64,000 bases of DNA from Octopus sinensis (taxonomy: Eukaryota): the NCBI RefSeq assembly GCF_006345805.1, contig NC_043014.1, positions 33,604,001-33,668,000 on the forward strand, written 5' to 3'. The translations under genes were made by a program, and so were the position numbers. The notes under the pieces were generated by a model. That model was not told where the DNA came from and did no database searches. It saw nothing but the letters and a program-made list of their open reading frames with translations. Numbering within the stretch: the first letter of the stretch is position 1; the number at the start of each line of letters is the position of its first letter. Of this stretch, positions 12,105 to 27,099 are shown piece after piece.

Positions 12105-12369
12105 TGCACACACACACACATATATATCGCATGTGTGTGTGTGTTTGTGTAAATATATGAGCGTATGTATGCAAGTTCGTTTCGCCATTAGATCTCATTG
12201 CTAATATTTGAAAAATAATCTATTTAGTATCAGAGAAATGCTAATAAAGTAAAAAAAAAATCCATAAACTTTTTAATTACAGACAAGCAATGTGATAACT
12301 AGAATGATGTAATGGAAAAAGATAAAGAAGTGATAATGGTTAGGAATATAAATAGAAGTTTAAGAGAAT

Positions 12370-12434
<65 letters not shown>

Positions 12435-12974
12435 AGAAAGAAGGATATAACGACAGAACGCTATTTTAAAGAGACGTTGGAAGATTGGTCGCATTTGTTT
12501 GCAAATGTCAAGTCATCTAACGATATCATTGTTTAATTAAATAAAGGAATATGATCTCTGATTAGCAGAAATATATAATGTATTGTTATTAATGAAATTA
12601 TCTAAAGCTAGAATTTAATGTTATTCGAAAATCTATAAATAATGTTTAGCAAAAAACAATGTTGTTAGTATACACAATGTTTCCTGGTTTAAATATAAAT
12701 TTAGAAAACTGAATTTACGTCAGCTAAAAACGTAAGATGTACGAATTAATATTTATTTGGAGTATGTTTAGTTAACTGAGATCCAGATAATTAAAATCTA
12801 GATTAAGTTTCAAAAAGCTTTTGTAATTTAGGTTTACCGAGTGAAGTCTGCAGTTTTGAGGAAGTAGAAAGCAAGTTATGAAGAGGAGTTATAAGAAGGA
12901 ATTCTTAAAAATTCTCATACACGAGAACTATATAGTTTGAATTAATTAAAAACATGAGAGATATTTATATGCAT

Positions 12975-14280
12975 GATGAGGTATCCGTTAGTCTCTCAAG
13001 TCCGTTTATCTGAGCTTGGGAAGTCTTGCTTCAGTTATGTTGGCGAAGCAGTGTCTGTTGTGACTAGAGATCCATATGTGAGTGACAGCATCAGTTGAAG
13101 TTGTCCGCTAGTATTTTGTGTTGTTGCAGTTTTCCGTTGGTTTTCTTTTTTTTTTTTCATCAGCATTTCTTAGCTTTTCCTCTGATCTTTTGCCCTTTCT
13201 CCATTCATATATATATAGAGACTTGTGTTTCCTGTAGACATCTTTGAAATGAAGATGGTCTCGTCCCTATATTCTCTTTACAGCTGATCGTTTGGGACTC
13301 TCCCATCTGACATGCGGTGGACATGGCCCAGCCAACAGAGGCGTCGTTGTTGCAATAGGATGAGGAGGCTGCGTATTTGCATGTGAACCAAAATATCATA
13401 GTTTGTGAATCCGTCTCAGGCTACGTAGGGGAAAAACAGTGAGACATTACTCTTTTTTGAAGTAGATGCACAGGTCTCAAAGTATTGTGAAGACGCAAGC
13501 TCTGTAGACTGCAACCGTATTAGGTGCCGTTATTTCATTGTTCTGGGCTTTTGTTGTCAGCGTAGCAAGTGCTGAGCCGGCACTTTCAATACGTCTGTTG
13601 ATCTCAGAGAGGTTGTCCGTGAAGGTAGAGTCGAGGTATGTAAACACGTGGATCATCTTCAGCTTGCAGATTTTGATGGTAAGGGTAGGAAAATGCCCAA
13701 CACCTTTATTTTCTTCAGTCTGATGGTCAAGCCGAAATCTCAGCAGGCTCTTGTGAAACTGCCCTCGAAGCGTCGTAGTCGCTCCTCTGTGTGTATCGCC
13801 AGTACTGTGTCGTCTGCAATCACAATGTCCCGGATGAGTACATGGCGTAGTTTGTTTTTCACCCTCAGTCGAGACAAATTTAGTAGTTACCTGCTTGATC
13901 TTGTCTAAAAGTAACACCATTAGTTGATGCCCCAAAATCTGCTTCAGCATGATAGCAAAAATAATGCCAAAGATTGTGAAGGTAAGCAAACCACAACCTT
14001 CTGAATGCCGGAGGATTCCGTAGAAAAGCTATAAAACTGAATGATGTCATTTATGTCTGTGTGGAAGAACTGAACAATTCTGAGTAACTTGGGTAGGGGG
14101 TGGACACCCATCCAATCTTGACAAGGATCTTGAACAAGCCGTTTCCACAAGGTGAAGGCTTTCGCGAGGGAAACGAAAGCAATATTGAGGGTGTTCGCTT
14201 TAAAAAATGTTTATTGCAGTTGTTGAATGAAGAAGATTATGTCAGTTATGGGGCGTTCTGAAATTTGGGGTATACCCATT
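12975..14280 (-). mobile_element. RTE-clade LINE, decayed 3' part (RT and C-terminus)
   Basis: Minus strand reads TDIIFFIQQLQ..IAFVSLAKAF..PKLLRIVQFFH..RDIVIADD..QRRLCWLGHVHRMSDGRVP, which are RTE/BovB-type RT motifs; disrupted. Confidence 0.8.
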
Positions 14281-14835
14281 TGGCGACTTCACTGGAACCA
14301 CACTAGTGAGATTCTTCCTAACGATGATCAGCAAGGAGTTTCCTCTGAGCAAGAGATCAAAATCAAAATACATAAATGGCGACAACACCAAAGACGAAGG
14401 CAAGCATATGGAAAGATGGTAGAACATTACTCCAGATTTCATTCCACAGAAAAGGCCGCCTTGGACAGTGTGTGTATTGGACACCGTGGAATATCTTTCA
14501 GTGATGGGAGAACACACTGCTGTGCGTACTACTGAAGAACAGAGTAAAGGTATTCAATGGCTTTCAACCAAATTCCATCAAGTATGTATAGAGCATCCTC
14601 TCGTACAGCTCATACAAGCTGCTGTATCAGTGCTGGAAAAAAGATCAATGCCACAGAACACAAGAGGCTGCAATATTGCTACTTTGCGCGAGAGTAATCT
14701 GGATAGAAGCGATTACAACTATAAAAGAATTTCCTTGCATTGAGAAGGTCTTGGCTCATGTGATGCGAAATAGATTGCAGAAAATCGCTTCAAGCTGCAC
14801 TGCGATTCGGGCATACCCCGAGTCTTGGTGTTTGA
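14281..14835 (+). mobile_element. Inverted 5' segment of the same RTE LINE
   Basis: Plus strand reads MERW.EHYS..AALD..D...NY..IS..EKVLAHVMRNRLQKIA..YPESWC, the region immediately upstream of where the minus-strand part begins (VYP..FR.ER). Confidence 0.72.
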
Positions 14836-15169
14836 AGAAAATCTGGTTGCTATTTTGCATAGGTCGAATGACTGCAGAGTGTTTCATAAGCGGTTGATTA
14901 TTGGAAGCCTCTACGATCAAACTTGATCCGGAGCTGCGCAAGTCACCAACGTCATCACCACACCCAACATCACATTTTAACATACCTCAACATCCACCAC
15001 CGCCACCGCCGTGGCCACCGTGGCCACCGCCACCACTACCGCTACCACCGTCCGTCCACACCAACTCATCAAACCCATGTTCGCACCAATAAGTTCCAAA
15101 CACTTAATTGCCCGAACCAGAACCTCAAAAGCCGTATCAAATCCACAGCCATTAGACGCGCGCGTACAC

Positions 15170-15331
15170 ACACACACACACACACACACAACACACACAC
15201 TAGCGTACATCACTCACACACAGACATATAACACGAAACACGCACGATAAACTCACAGAGGATACACAGACATACTTCATATATATACATATATAATATA
15301 TATATATATTATATATATATATATACATATA

Positions 15332-15380
<49 letters not shown>

Positions 15381-15382
15381 GA

Positions 15383-15421
<39 letters not shown>

Positions 15422-15649
15422 TTATATGCAAATACATATATATACACATGCATACATACATACATACATACATAACATACATACATACATACAAACATAC
15501 GCATACACTCATACATTTACAATGCGTGAGCGTGCTAAAGTAAATATGCGTGCGCACGTTTGTGTGTTTGTGTATGTGTGTATGTATGGTGATATATGTG
15601 TGAATATATTTATATACATATATATATATACAGATACATGAATGCAAAC

Positions 15650-15682
<33 letters not shown>

Positions 15683-15695
15683 ATATATAATATAT

Positions 15696-15743
<48 letters not shown>

Positions 15744-15759
15744 ATGTATATATATATAT

Positions 15760-15791
<32 letters not shown>

Positions 15792-15898
15792 CATATAAAT
15801 ATATATACATATATATATATGTTTGTATGTATGTATATGTATATATATATATATATATATGTATATACTATATACATATATATATATATAGTATATAT

Positions 15899-15936
<38 letters not shown>

Positions 15937-16209
15937 GTGTTCCATGTATGTAGATATATGTGTTTGTGTGTTATCCTATATACTCCAAACACGTGCATGC
16001 AACAATCAGAAACAATAATACCCAAAATCTATATACGCATATACATATGTACACACGCACGCACACACACACACCACACCACACACACACACACACACTA
16101 GCGTACATCACTCACACACAGACATATAACACGAAACACGCACGATAAACTCACAGAGGATACACAGACATACTTCATATATATACATATATATATAGAT
16201 ATATATATA

Positions 16210-16263
<54 letters not shown>

Positions 16264-16530
16264 CATATACATATAGATATATATATATATATATGTATAT
16301 GTATATATATTTATATGCAAATACATATATATACACATGCATACATACATACATACATACATACATACAAACATACGCATACACTCATACATTTACAATG
16401 CGTGAGCGTGCTAAAGTAAATATGCGTGCGCACGTTTGTGTGTTTGTGTATGTGTGTATGTATGGTGATATATGTGTGAATATATTTATATACTATATAT
16501 ATATACAGATACATGAATGCAAACATATAT

Positions 16531-16591
<61 letters not shown>

Positions 16592-16610
16592 TATATATAT
16601 ATATATATAG

Positions 16611-16661
<51 letters not shown>

Positions 16662-16708
16662 CATATAATATATATACATATATATATATGTTTGTATGTA
16701 TGTATATG

Positions 16709-16802
<94 letters not shown>

Positions 16803-16923
16803 GTGTTCCATGTATGTAGATATATGTGTTTGTGTGTTATCCTATATACTCCAAACACGTGCATGCAACAATCAGAAACAATAATACCCAAAATCTATAT
16901 ACGCATATACATATGTACACACG

Positions 16924-16960
<37 letters not shown>
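15170..16960. repeat. About 0.9-kb tandem duplication of microsatellite-rich DNA
   Basis: Unique anchors are repeated: CTAGCGTACATCACTC...GATAAACTCACAGAGG (about 15200 and 16097) and ACGTGTTCCATG...CAATCAGAAACAATAATACCC (about 15935 and 16801). Confidence 0.85.
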
Positions 16961-16961
<1 letters not shown>

Positions 16962-17279
16962 ACACACACATACACACCACACACACACACGCACGCACAC
17001 ACAACGCATGTATACTCTCCATCGTATCTCGTCAACCGTACATCACATACAAAATACAAACCATCAGCAACAAACTCTCTCTCTCTCTCATACACACACA
17101 GAGCAAGATTATTATCTAAAGCGTTTAATTAACTGTGATAATTGGAGATGGTCGTGTTAAACTTTACGACATTAGGATGTAATGTGTGTGTGTAGTTGGG
17201 TGTGAGGAATGGTGAAGAAGAGAGAGTCATACTAGCCAGCAGTATCCCTCCACCACCACCACCACCACCACCACCACCA

Positions 17280-17313
<34 letters not shown>

Positions 17314-17316
17314 TTA

Positions 17317-17354
<38 letters not shown>

Positions 17355-17363
17355 ACTACTGCA

Positions 17364-17423
<60 letters not shown>

Positions 17424-17992
17424 GTTGATGCCATCATCATCATCACCATCAACACCAACATTAAGAATATAAATGATATTCTACTTACACAACCACCGCT
17501 ACCACCGCCATCACCACCATCAACACCATACCACCATCAACACCATACCACCATCACTACGACCATCACCCCAACCACCGACACTATCACCAACACCACC
17601 ATCGCCACCACAGTCAGCATCACCATCAAAAAGACTGTCTTTGATACTTTCCTCTCACACTTCAATGCTGCCATTTCTAGCACCTGAATCAACACTACAA
17701 TAACACCCCAACACCACCACTCTCTCCAACACAACACTCACCACCACCACCATCACCACCACAAGGAGCACTATCACTACCAGCGTCCCATCACCACTAT
17801 AGCCATCACCACGACCGCTACGACCACACCCCCGTCAACAAACCACCACTGCCAACAACAACAGCAACAACAACAAAAAAAAGAAAAGCTAAATCACTTC
17901 AACTAGCATCACCAACGGCAACTAGCAGCACCACCACCACCATCATCATCACTATCGCCATCACTACAACTACCACTATCACCACCACCACC

Positions 17993-18528
17993 AATTTGGG
18001 GGAGGGGGGAGTCCATTACATCGATCCCATTGCCTAACTGTTACTTAATTTATCGACCGCGAGAGGATAAAAAGCAAAGCGACCTCGGCGGAATTTGAAC
18101 TTAGAACGTAACGGCAGACGAAATACCTATTTCTTTACTACCCACAAGGGGCTAAACACAGGGGGGACAAACAAGGGCAGACAAACGGATTAAGTCGATT
18201 ATATCGACCCCAGTGCGTAACTAGTACTTATTTAATCGGCCCCGAAAGGATGAAAGGCAAAGTCGACCTCGGCGGAATTTGAACTCAGAACGTAACGGCA
18301 GACGAAATACCTATTTCTTTACTACCCACAAGGGGCTAAACACAGAGAACAAACAAACGGATTAAGTCGATTATATCGACCCCAGTGCGTAACTGGTACT
18401 TATTCAATCGACCCCGAAAGGATGAAAGGCAAAGTCGACCTCGGCGGAATTTGAACTCAGAACGTGGCGGCAGACGAACCGCTATGCATTTCGTGCGGCG
18501 TGCTAACGATTCTGCCAGCTCGCCACCT
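17993..18528 (-). mobile_element. SINE family A multimer (three cores)
   Basis: One head plus headless monomers joined at the recurrent GTAGTAAAGAAATAGGTATTTCGTC junction. Confidence 0.85.
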
Positions 18529-18823
18529 AAATAAAAAAAATACTAACTAGATTATGACTGGAAGATAACAGTTTATTCATAGTAGCTGCCTTCACGATGG
18601 CTCCGGAACATGAGGCATGCATTTTTACATCGTGTCCATGGGAAGAGCTTTGAATATCTCCTTGATCTTTGCCACCAGCTTGGCCATGGTGTTGCGAGCG
18701 GAGTTGTTGGTCTTTTTTTAACCGTACTTCATTCATTGCAGTCCATGGGATTACAACCGGGGTTTTTAGGAGGAGAGAATTTGAGGCTGGTCAAGTCAGA
18801 AATTTTTGGAGAACTACTTGTCG

Positions 18824-18988
18824 TAGGCGTGGGAGTGGCTGTGTGGTAAGTAGTTTGCTTACCAGCCACATGGATCCGGGTTCAGTCCCACTGCGTGGCA
18901 CCTTGGGCAAGTGTCTTCTACTATAGCTTCGAGCCGGCCAAAGCCTTGTGAGTGGATTTGGTAAACGGAAACTGAAAGAAGCCCATCG

Positions 18989-19050
<62 letters not shown>

Positions 19051-19259
19051 GTGTGTCTGTGTCTGTCCCCCCAACTTCGCTTGACAACCGATGCTGGCGT
19101 GTTTACGTCCCCGTAACTTAGCGGTTCGGCAAAAGAGGCCGATAGAAAAAGTACTAGGCTTACAAAGAATAAGTCCTGGGGTCGATTTGCTCGACTAAAG
19201 GCGGTGCTCCAGCATGGCCACAGTGAAAATGACTGAAACAAGTAAAAGAGTAAAGAGTA
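18824..19259 (+). mobile_element. SINE family B
   Basis: Full-length homologue of 4066-4468. Confidence 0.87.
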
Positions 19260-20149
19260 CTTCTAATTCTTTCTATAGTTATGGCAAGGAACTAGATCAT
19301 GCTCCCTCGCATATGGCCTTCCAGCAGCAACACTCTTCTGATCTCCAGCAGTTTCACATGGTCGACTGAGTTGAGCCTGAGGCCCTATTTAAAAGTTTAG
19401 GGTGGCATGACGTCCCCCTCACAGGAGCCCCGCCCATGGACCTTTACAGTTTAGGGGAACTTGGTTTTCATGATGTCCATGTTATGTATTACAGCCTCTG
19501 CAGTTGTTCGCGGAGCATTAAGCAACACTCATAATGTTACCATTTTGATACCCGGCGCGAATCATTATAGAATAGGCAGCTCTATTCCAATATTCAGATG
19601 GCTTTCTGTTTTGCATAAGGGTATCATTCTGTATTCTGGGAATGCAATCTGTTGTCGATGCAGAGTGCATCTACGTCTGAGTGATAATCCCGTGGACCCT
19701 ACGTAGTTTTGGTGGCAGCCCGAGCACGTTATGACATAAATTATATTTTCAGAAGCACAAGTAAAATTAGATATATATAAATGTAAGTTAGGTACAAAAA
19801 ATTCAGGGTGAATACTTGATAACTGTAAGCACCTGTATATGCCAGCTAGTGGTATAGGTGATAAGATATATGTAAAGTACTCTTTACTCTTTTATTTGTT
19901 TCAGTCATTTTCACTGTGGCCATGCTGGAGCACCGCCTTTTGATACATGCTTCCTGTTTTTCTTTTGATAATCTTTGCACTTGTGATTTTTTAATGTTTT
20001 TTATCCCCATACCTTCGTGGGTTATTCTGAGTAAACACTATCTGAGAGAAATTTTCTTTAAGTATTAGAAATAGCTAAAAAAACTTTTTTGGCTGCTATT
20101 TCTAATGAGTTCAGTATGTGGCAAAGTAATTTATTTTACTAAGCCCTTT

Positions 20150-20193
<44 letters not shown>

Positions 20194-20569
20194 ATATATA
20201 TGCATATGAATATTATAAATACAGATGCATACTTGTATGTAAGCATGTGAGCATGCGCGTGTGCATGTGTGTTTGTGTCTTTATACCTGGTTTCATAATC
20301 CAAATATGGTTTATTCTTCATTAGCAATGCAGGAATATCCATTCAACGTTAGCTTATATATCATTTTGTTAGCAGAAGGCATATGGTAGTAGTGATGGTG
20401 GTGGTAAAAGTTGTGTAAGTGCTGGAGGTTGTGGTGGGTGGTCGCATTGATGAGTGTGGTAGTGGTGATGATGGTAGTTGCAGCAGTTAATTTAGTGAAG
20501 TAGATTTGTATGTGTGAATTGTTTAGCTTGTAAAAGGAGCTTAGTTTCGATTTTGCCACCTCATGCGTT

Positions 20570-21100
20570 AGCTGTATTTTAAGGAAACCAAGACGTGTAT
20601 TTTGCATTGAAACCTATCCTAACTATAATGTTTTGAAGAGTGTTAATACGTTGCTGCTAGGCTGTATAATTTTGTGGGACGGTTACTCAGATCGCAGTTG
20701 TATATATGTAGGTTTATCATATTAATGCGGTTCTTGTTTCCGCCTTATATTTTGAATGGCTGAATTTTTACTGTGTTTCGGATGCGGCACTTGCGCACCG
20801 GATGCATAATTTTATGCATGTTATAAGATCTTCTACGTTGTGATATTGCCTGTCCAAACTTATTTGTGTGAAAATAAGATTTTGAAAAGGTTTTGGGTTT
20901 TGGAGGTAAAAAAATTTCTTTGAACGATTGTGGAATGAAAGTTGTGTGCTGTAAACAACTTTTTTCGCTTCTATAAATATGCTTTTAAGCTAGTACTGTT
21001 GTATTGGATCATTAAAAATTTATATGCATTTTGTTCACAAGGTTTGTATTGTGAATATTTGAATTTTTAAAGGTATTTTGTGTGGGTCTCTACAGGAAGC
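20570..21100 (-). pseudogene. Possible highly decayed LINE RT C-terminal fragment
   Basis: Only weak similarity (QRINTLQNIIVRIGFN resembles QK.QTIQN.ALRIA); many stops. Confidence 0.25.
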
Positions 21101-21164
21101 ATGTGATAACGGGGATTCATGTTTTTTTTTTTTATGTCGTTGTTAAACGTCTACTAGGGTATAC

Positions 21165-21574
21165 TCTTTTTTACTCTTTTACTTGTTTCAGTCATTTGAC
21201 TGCGGCCATGCTGGAGCACCGCCTTTAGTCGAGCAACTCGACCCCGGGACTTATTCTTTGTAAGCCTAGTACTTATTCTATCGGTCTATTTTGCCGAACC
21301 GCTAAGTGACGGGGACGTAAACACACCAGCATCGGTTGTAAAGCAATGCTGGGGGGGACAAACACAGACACACAAACATACACGCACACACATATATGTA
21401 TATACATATATACGACAGGCTTCTTTCAGTTTCCGTCTACCAAATCCACTCACAAGGCATTGGTCGGCCCGAGGCTATAGCAGAAGACACTTGCCCAAGA
21501 TGCCACGCAGTGGGACTGAACCCGGAACCATGTGGTTGGTAAGCAAGCTACTTACCCCATAGCCACTCCTGCGC
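21165..21574 (-). mobile_element. SINE family B with 11-bp TSD
   Basis: TSD CTAGGGTATAC at 21154-64 and 21575-85. Confidence 0.9.
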
Positions 21575-22921
21575 CTAGGGTATACATTTTTTGTTGAAAT
21601 GTATGTCATTATTTTTTAAAATTTTCTTTCATTTATTTGTATGTTTATTAATATTTCTTTTGCTTAAATTTTAGTAACTGTTTCGATTTGTTTAGCATTA
21701 TTTTCCTGAAGTCCGATGTTAACAAAATGGAGCAGTTTTACGTAATTCAATACATTAAGGCCTGTTAAAAATTTGTAGCTCGAAAGGAATGTAAATAAAG
21801 ACAACCCATTCACAAAAGGTTAAGAGACCACTATTTATGTAGGAGCAAGCCATAATCAGCTTCTGCTCCAACTGTAACTTGAGTTGCTCGAATATAGATG
21901 TGAGAGTATTCGGCCGAAACTTAAAGTCTCTCATATCCTTTAGAAAGTGTTTTAGTAGCTTTATAAAGCCTGATGGCCAGATTTTCACTATCAGTCTGTC
22001 ATTTTGGGTCTTTGGTATTCTTCCCCATTACCTTTCCAGTAAAGACATCAGTTCTCTTGTCTATTTTTAAAAATCTTCAGCAATTCCTCTACGCCCTTGC
22101 TTTCCTTTCTGATCACTATAAGATTCAAGTAACCCATGAGGGAAGGTATCCTTTCAATAAAGGACTTTCTGCCCCTTGCCTGACATTAGTGTGAGCTTAT
22201 TTCTTTGCTCCTTTTCTCTGTTCTTTTTAGTTTTCCATTCTTCTCCCATATCTACTTCCACTACATCGCCGCCAAGGAATTAGGTTGTACTGATGCTGTA
22301 TCCCCTGGGACACCATGTGCTGGAAGATGAGACTTCTTGGTCATCATTTGACCCCTGGTACTGGTGACATTAAAGTTGAAGTGATTTTACTTGCATCATT
22401 TTTGGACAAGTTTAGAGGTGCAATCCGTGATACTCTAGAAACAACGGTAGCAATATTTATAGTTTTTATCTCTGGAGCTTGCTATCAATATTACCGTTGC
22501 TCCTAGGGTGGCAAGCTGGCAGAATTTTAAGCATGTCGGGAAAAATGCTTTACCGTCATTTTGTCTGTCTTTATGTACCGAGTTCAAATTCCACGGAGAT
22601 CGACTTTACTTTTCATCCTTTTGGGATCGATAGAATAAGTACTAGTTGAACACTAGGGTTGATATAATTAACCTACCCCTTCCCTGAAATTGCTGGTTTT
22701 ATGCCAAAATTTGAAACAGTTATTACTGTTGCTTCTACAGTTGTCTACCGCTTATATTTTTCCTTAATTCTTTTTATATACTTCTGGACAGAAAACTCCC
22801 AGGTTTTCCGTGATTTTCACTTTTAAACCACAAATTTGACTGACCTCTTCTTAATTCTCTGAGTGGAGTATAGATCCAAGATAGCTTTATTGTCTTCGGG
22901 TTTATTAGAAATGAATGTCCA

Positions 22922-23327
22922 TGCGTAGGAGTGGCTGTATGATAAGTAGCTTGCTTACGAACCACATGGTCCTGGGTTCAGTCCCACTGCGTGGCACCTT
23001 GGGCAAGTGTCTTCTACTATAGCCTTGGGCCGATCAAAGCCTTGTGAGTGGATTTGGTAGACGGAAACTGAAAGAAGCCCGTCGTATATATGTATATATG
23101 TGCGTGTGTGTATATGTTTGTGTGTCTGTGTTTGTCCCCCAACATCGCTTGACAACCGATGCTGGTATGTTACATTCCTGTAACTTAGCAGTTCGGAAAA
23201 AGAGACTGATAGAATAAGTACTATGCTTACACAGAATAAGTCCTGGAATCGATTTGCTCGACTAAAGGCAGTGCTCCAGCATGGCTACAGTCAAATGACC
23301 GAAACAAGTGAAAGAGTAAAGAGAGTA
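22922..23327 (+). mobile_element. SINE family B
   Basis: Homologous to the other B copies; preceded by a diverged family A copy at about 22505-22720. Confidence 0.85.
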
Positions 23328-25171
23328 TGCAAACACCGCTCAACCAACCACATTTTGTTGAGACAATCTCCGAATGCACTATCTGTACGTTCTGTTGCGT
23401 AGAGATTAACATAAATCAAGGGTTTCATCAATATCTATATCCCTGGTTCTGATCCTAGTGCCCTGAAACCCATTTAATGTGGAGCCAGTCTGCAGGTATG
23501 CGTTTTGAGTACCATATCTTTAAGTACTTCTATCTTTGTGTCGTCCTCAGTATGAAAAACCTGGCTTACATTTACATACGTTCTCTCTCCTGGTCGATGG
23601 AGCACACATCCTGTTACAGGACTACTTTTGAGGTCATATTAAAGCATCCCTTTTTTCTGTAAATAGATATATGTCACTTTCTCTTTACTTTTTTCTGGAT
23701 AAATCCTTCGAGAAAAGAGGTATTGGCTTTCGTAACACATCTCGTCAACTCCTTCTAGTTTTCCATGAGCTGGCTTGGCACAAATCTAGTCGCTATTTTT
23801 TATCAAGAAATTATAGAATTTCGATGTTCTTGTTGATGGTGATGTTTGTACAGTTTTCTCATAGAAAACGCTATTGTTTGTGTGTCTTTTATTGTACAAG
23901 TGCAAAACTTTAAAGCTTGGCGTTTTGCCTGTATTTTGTAATTCTTTTTCCATTTGAAAATAATTTAGGCATGTTTGTTTACATTACTGTTACTACCATC
24001 TGTGGCGAGCAGCTCTTCCTGCTACTTCCAAAGCGGCCATCTTGCAACACATGTAAATATAATAGATATTTATGCGTCGAAAATGAGAAAACATTTTAAA
24101 ATGTTTAAAGACATGCAATTCTTCCACCACAGACAGTTGCGTAAACTCTTAAACAGTAAAATCGGAGCAAAAGACGTTATTTTCCATAAGATAACCCGGC
24201 TAAAAATTACTTTCTTTATGGAACTTTCGAAGAGAGGTGTAAAAATAATGGCCAAAATACCTAGTAGCACTGAGATACATCCCTTTACGTTCGATGTTCA
24301 AATCCCTGGGGATTCTGCCATATATTTTCCGGATCGATGAGACAAAAAATTTCTGTCAAATACTGGATGGATTATTTTATATACTCCACCCAAATTTGTA
24401 GCTTTGGGCTAATGGGCTAATGTTAGAAATAATAACAATTATTATTATTATTATTATTAGTTAAAATGAATATGAAGACGGATGAAAGAAAAAAAAAGAA
24501 TACAAAATAGTAAAGCGGAAGTAAAAGTGAAAAAAGAAATAAAGAAGTAGAAAGGATACCAAACACAAGAATATTTTTAAAAATAATGAAAAAAGAAATT
24601 GAAGATGACCAATAAGAAAAAAAGAAAATCAAACAAACATTCAGACAAAATAAATAAATTTAGAACAAGAACAGAAGGGAAATGATTAAAGAAGCTGAAG
24701 GATAAGATGAATGCTTAATACAGCGGCCACACGTTGACTTTTCAAGTCTTAGCCGGAGGCCAATGGCGGCTGGTCCAGATTGGAACAGACGATGTTTATT
24801 ATTGAATGTAAAGGAGACGAGAATGTTTTGCATATGTGTTGAAAGGAAGGAAGTATTGTCTATAGACAAGAAAACACACATGAAACGAGGCAAAATAGTG
24901 ATAATGTAAATATATAAATATAATGTGTGTCTTTATCTTTGTAACTATGTTTATATATGTGTGCATGCGTACACGTATGTGTACACATGCGGGTGTGTGC
25001 GTGTGTATATGCAATTTAATGCGTGTCTGTTCTTATACATACAATGATAATTTGTGTTTGTATATGTAACTGTCTCTCTTTCTTCCTCTCCCTCTCTCCG
25101 CCTCTATATATATATACGCATATATATATTATATATATATATGTGTGTGTGTGAATGTATATACATATGTG

Positions 25172-25214
<43 letters not shown>

Positions 25215-25229
25215 GTATATGTATGTATG

Positions 25230-25299
<70 letters not shown>

Positions 25300-25363
25300 G
25301 TATATATATGTATGCATCTAAATACTTATAATTACACACGCACATACATACACACACGCATAT

Positions 25364-25416
<53 letters not shown>

Positions 25417-25483
25417 TATACATGCATATATATACATACATACATACATACATACAAACATACATATATACATATATACAAAC

Positions 25484-25543
<60 letters not shown>

Positions 25544-25615
25544 CAAAGACGTTTCTGTGTGTCGATACATATATTTACACATACACACACACATATATAT
25601 ATATGTGCATATGTT

Positions 25616-25657
<42 letters not shown>

Positions 25658-25712
25658 TACACACACATCTTCATATATATATATATATATATACATAAAA
25701 TATCATATGTAT

Positions 25713-25743
<31 letters not shown>

Positions 25744-25777
25744 GACAGGAGACAGGCAGGCAGACAGATAGACAGAC

Positions 25778-25866
<89 letters not shown>

Positions 25867-26216
25867 TTGCGAGAACACGAGCAAAGAGTTCATTCATAAT
25901 TCTGTAATTACAAAAGGGAAGAATCCCGAGCAGATTATGCATACACACAGATAAGCGCCCCGTCACACACACGCACACATACACAGCCACAAACACACAC
26001 ACACACATACACACACACACACGCACACATACAGATATACGCACTCTTTCTCATAAACATCATCCTTTACATATGCATATATGTATGCGTACATGCATAC
26101 ATACATACATACACACATACATACATACATACATGCATACATACATGCATGCATACATACATACATACATACATACATACATACATACATACTACATACA
26201 TACATACATACATACA

Positions 26217-26886
26217 AGGCAGAAAGCATTGACAGATAGAAAATGTAAGCTGTGCGAGACCAAGACTGAAGTCATCAACCAGATTTCTGCCAACTGCGAG
26301 AGAATGTCTTCCAGATATTATCTTCCCATGAGGCATGATGCGGGGGCCAGAAATGTCTGAAAAAGGAAAAGAAAGAAGAAAGCACCAACAGACGAAGTTA
26401 ACTATACTGAGAGCGATGGTTTAAGAGAATATTTGTGGAACTTAAAAATTAAAACAGCCACTAAGTTGAAACATAACCCGTCACATAACGTTGTGTGGGA
26501 CCACAAGGAAAAGACATGTTCTATTATGGAAATCAGCTGCCCTCTGGACACCAATGTGGTTAGAAAAATACAAGAAAAAATTGGGCATTTATGGACCATT
26601 GAGAAGGAGTTTGTAAATCAAGTTCCCAAGATACGCTTTTAGCGTATCTTCATACACATTATCATTGGAGAAACAGGATACATACCAACCCGTTTGGAGC
26701 AAAGTTCTCGGGGAGAGAATGCAAATTCTTACACTACAAATAATTATGATATCTTGGACTATAAAAGACTGCACGACCTTATTAAGATTTAATGGATGAT
26801 AAACAAAACAAGATGCTTTCCTTCATAATCTTGCTACCAACCAGGTGGTGGATCAAAATATATGCTTAATCTAAAAGACGAGGAGA
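26217..26886 (+). mobile_element. RLE-type (R4/Dong/R2-like) non-LTR retrotransposon, 5'-truncated
   Basis: CKLC-X8-Q-X4-C zinc-knuckle spacing, then RHD, then WNLKIKT..KHN...VVWDHKEKTCSIMEISCP..IQEK (decayed restriction-like endonuclease). Confidence 0.8.
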
Positions 26887-27099
26887 ACATACATACACAC
26901 ATACGTACATACATACACACATACGTACATACATACATACATACATACATACACACAAATATACATACAAGCATACGTACATACACACATAATACATACA
27001 TACATACATACATGCATACAAACAAACATACATACATACATACATACATACATACATACATACATACATACATACATACATACATTCATACATACATAC

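Noticed and set aside
17129-17990. Poly-Pro/Thr/Ala/Asn ORFs (for example 17196-17687), also 4834-5633, 37397-37812 and 62084-62439
   Set aside because: Compound trinucleotide microsatellites with no flanking domain or convincing splice sites.
21750-24000. Possible decayed L1/Tx1-like ORF1 on the minus strand, interrupted by SINEs
   Set aside because: Only vague peptide resemblance with many stops; it cannot be supported without a profile search.
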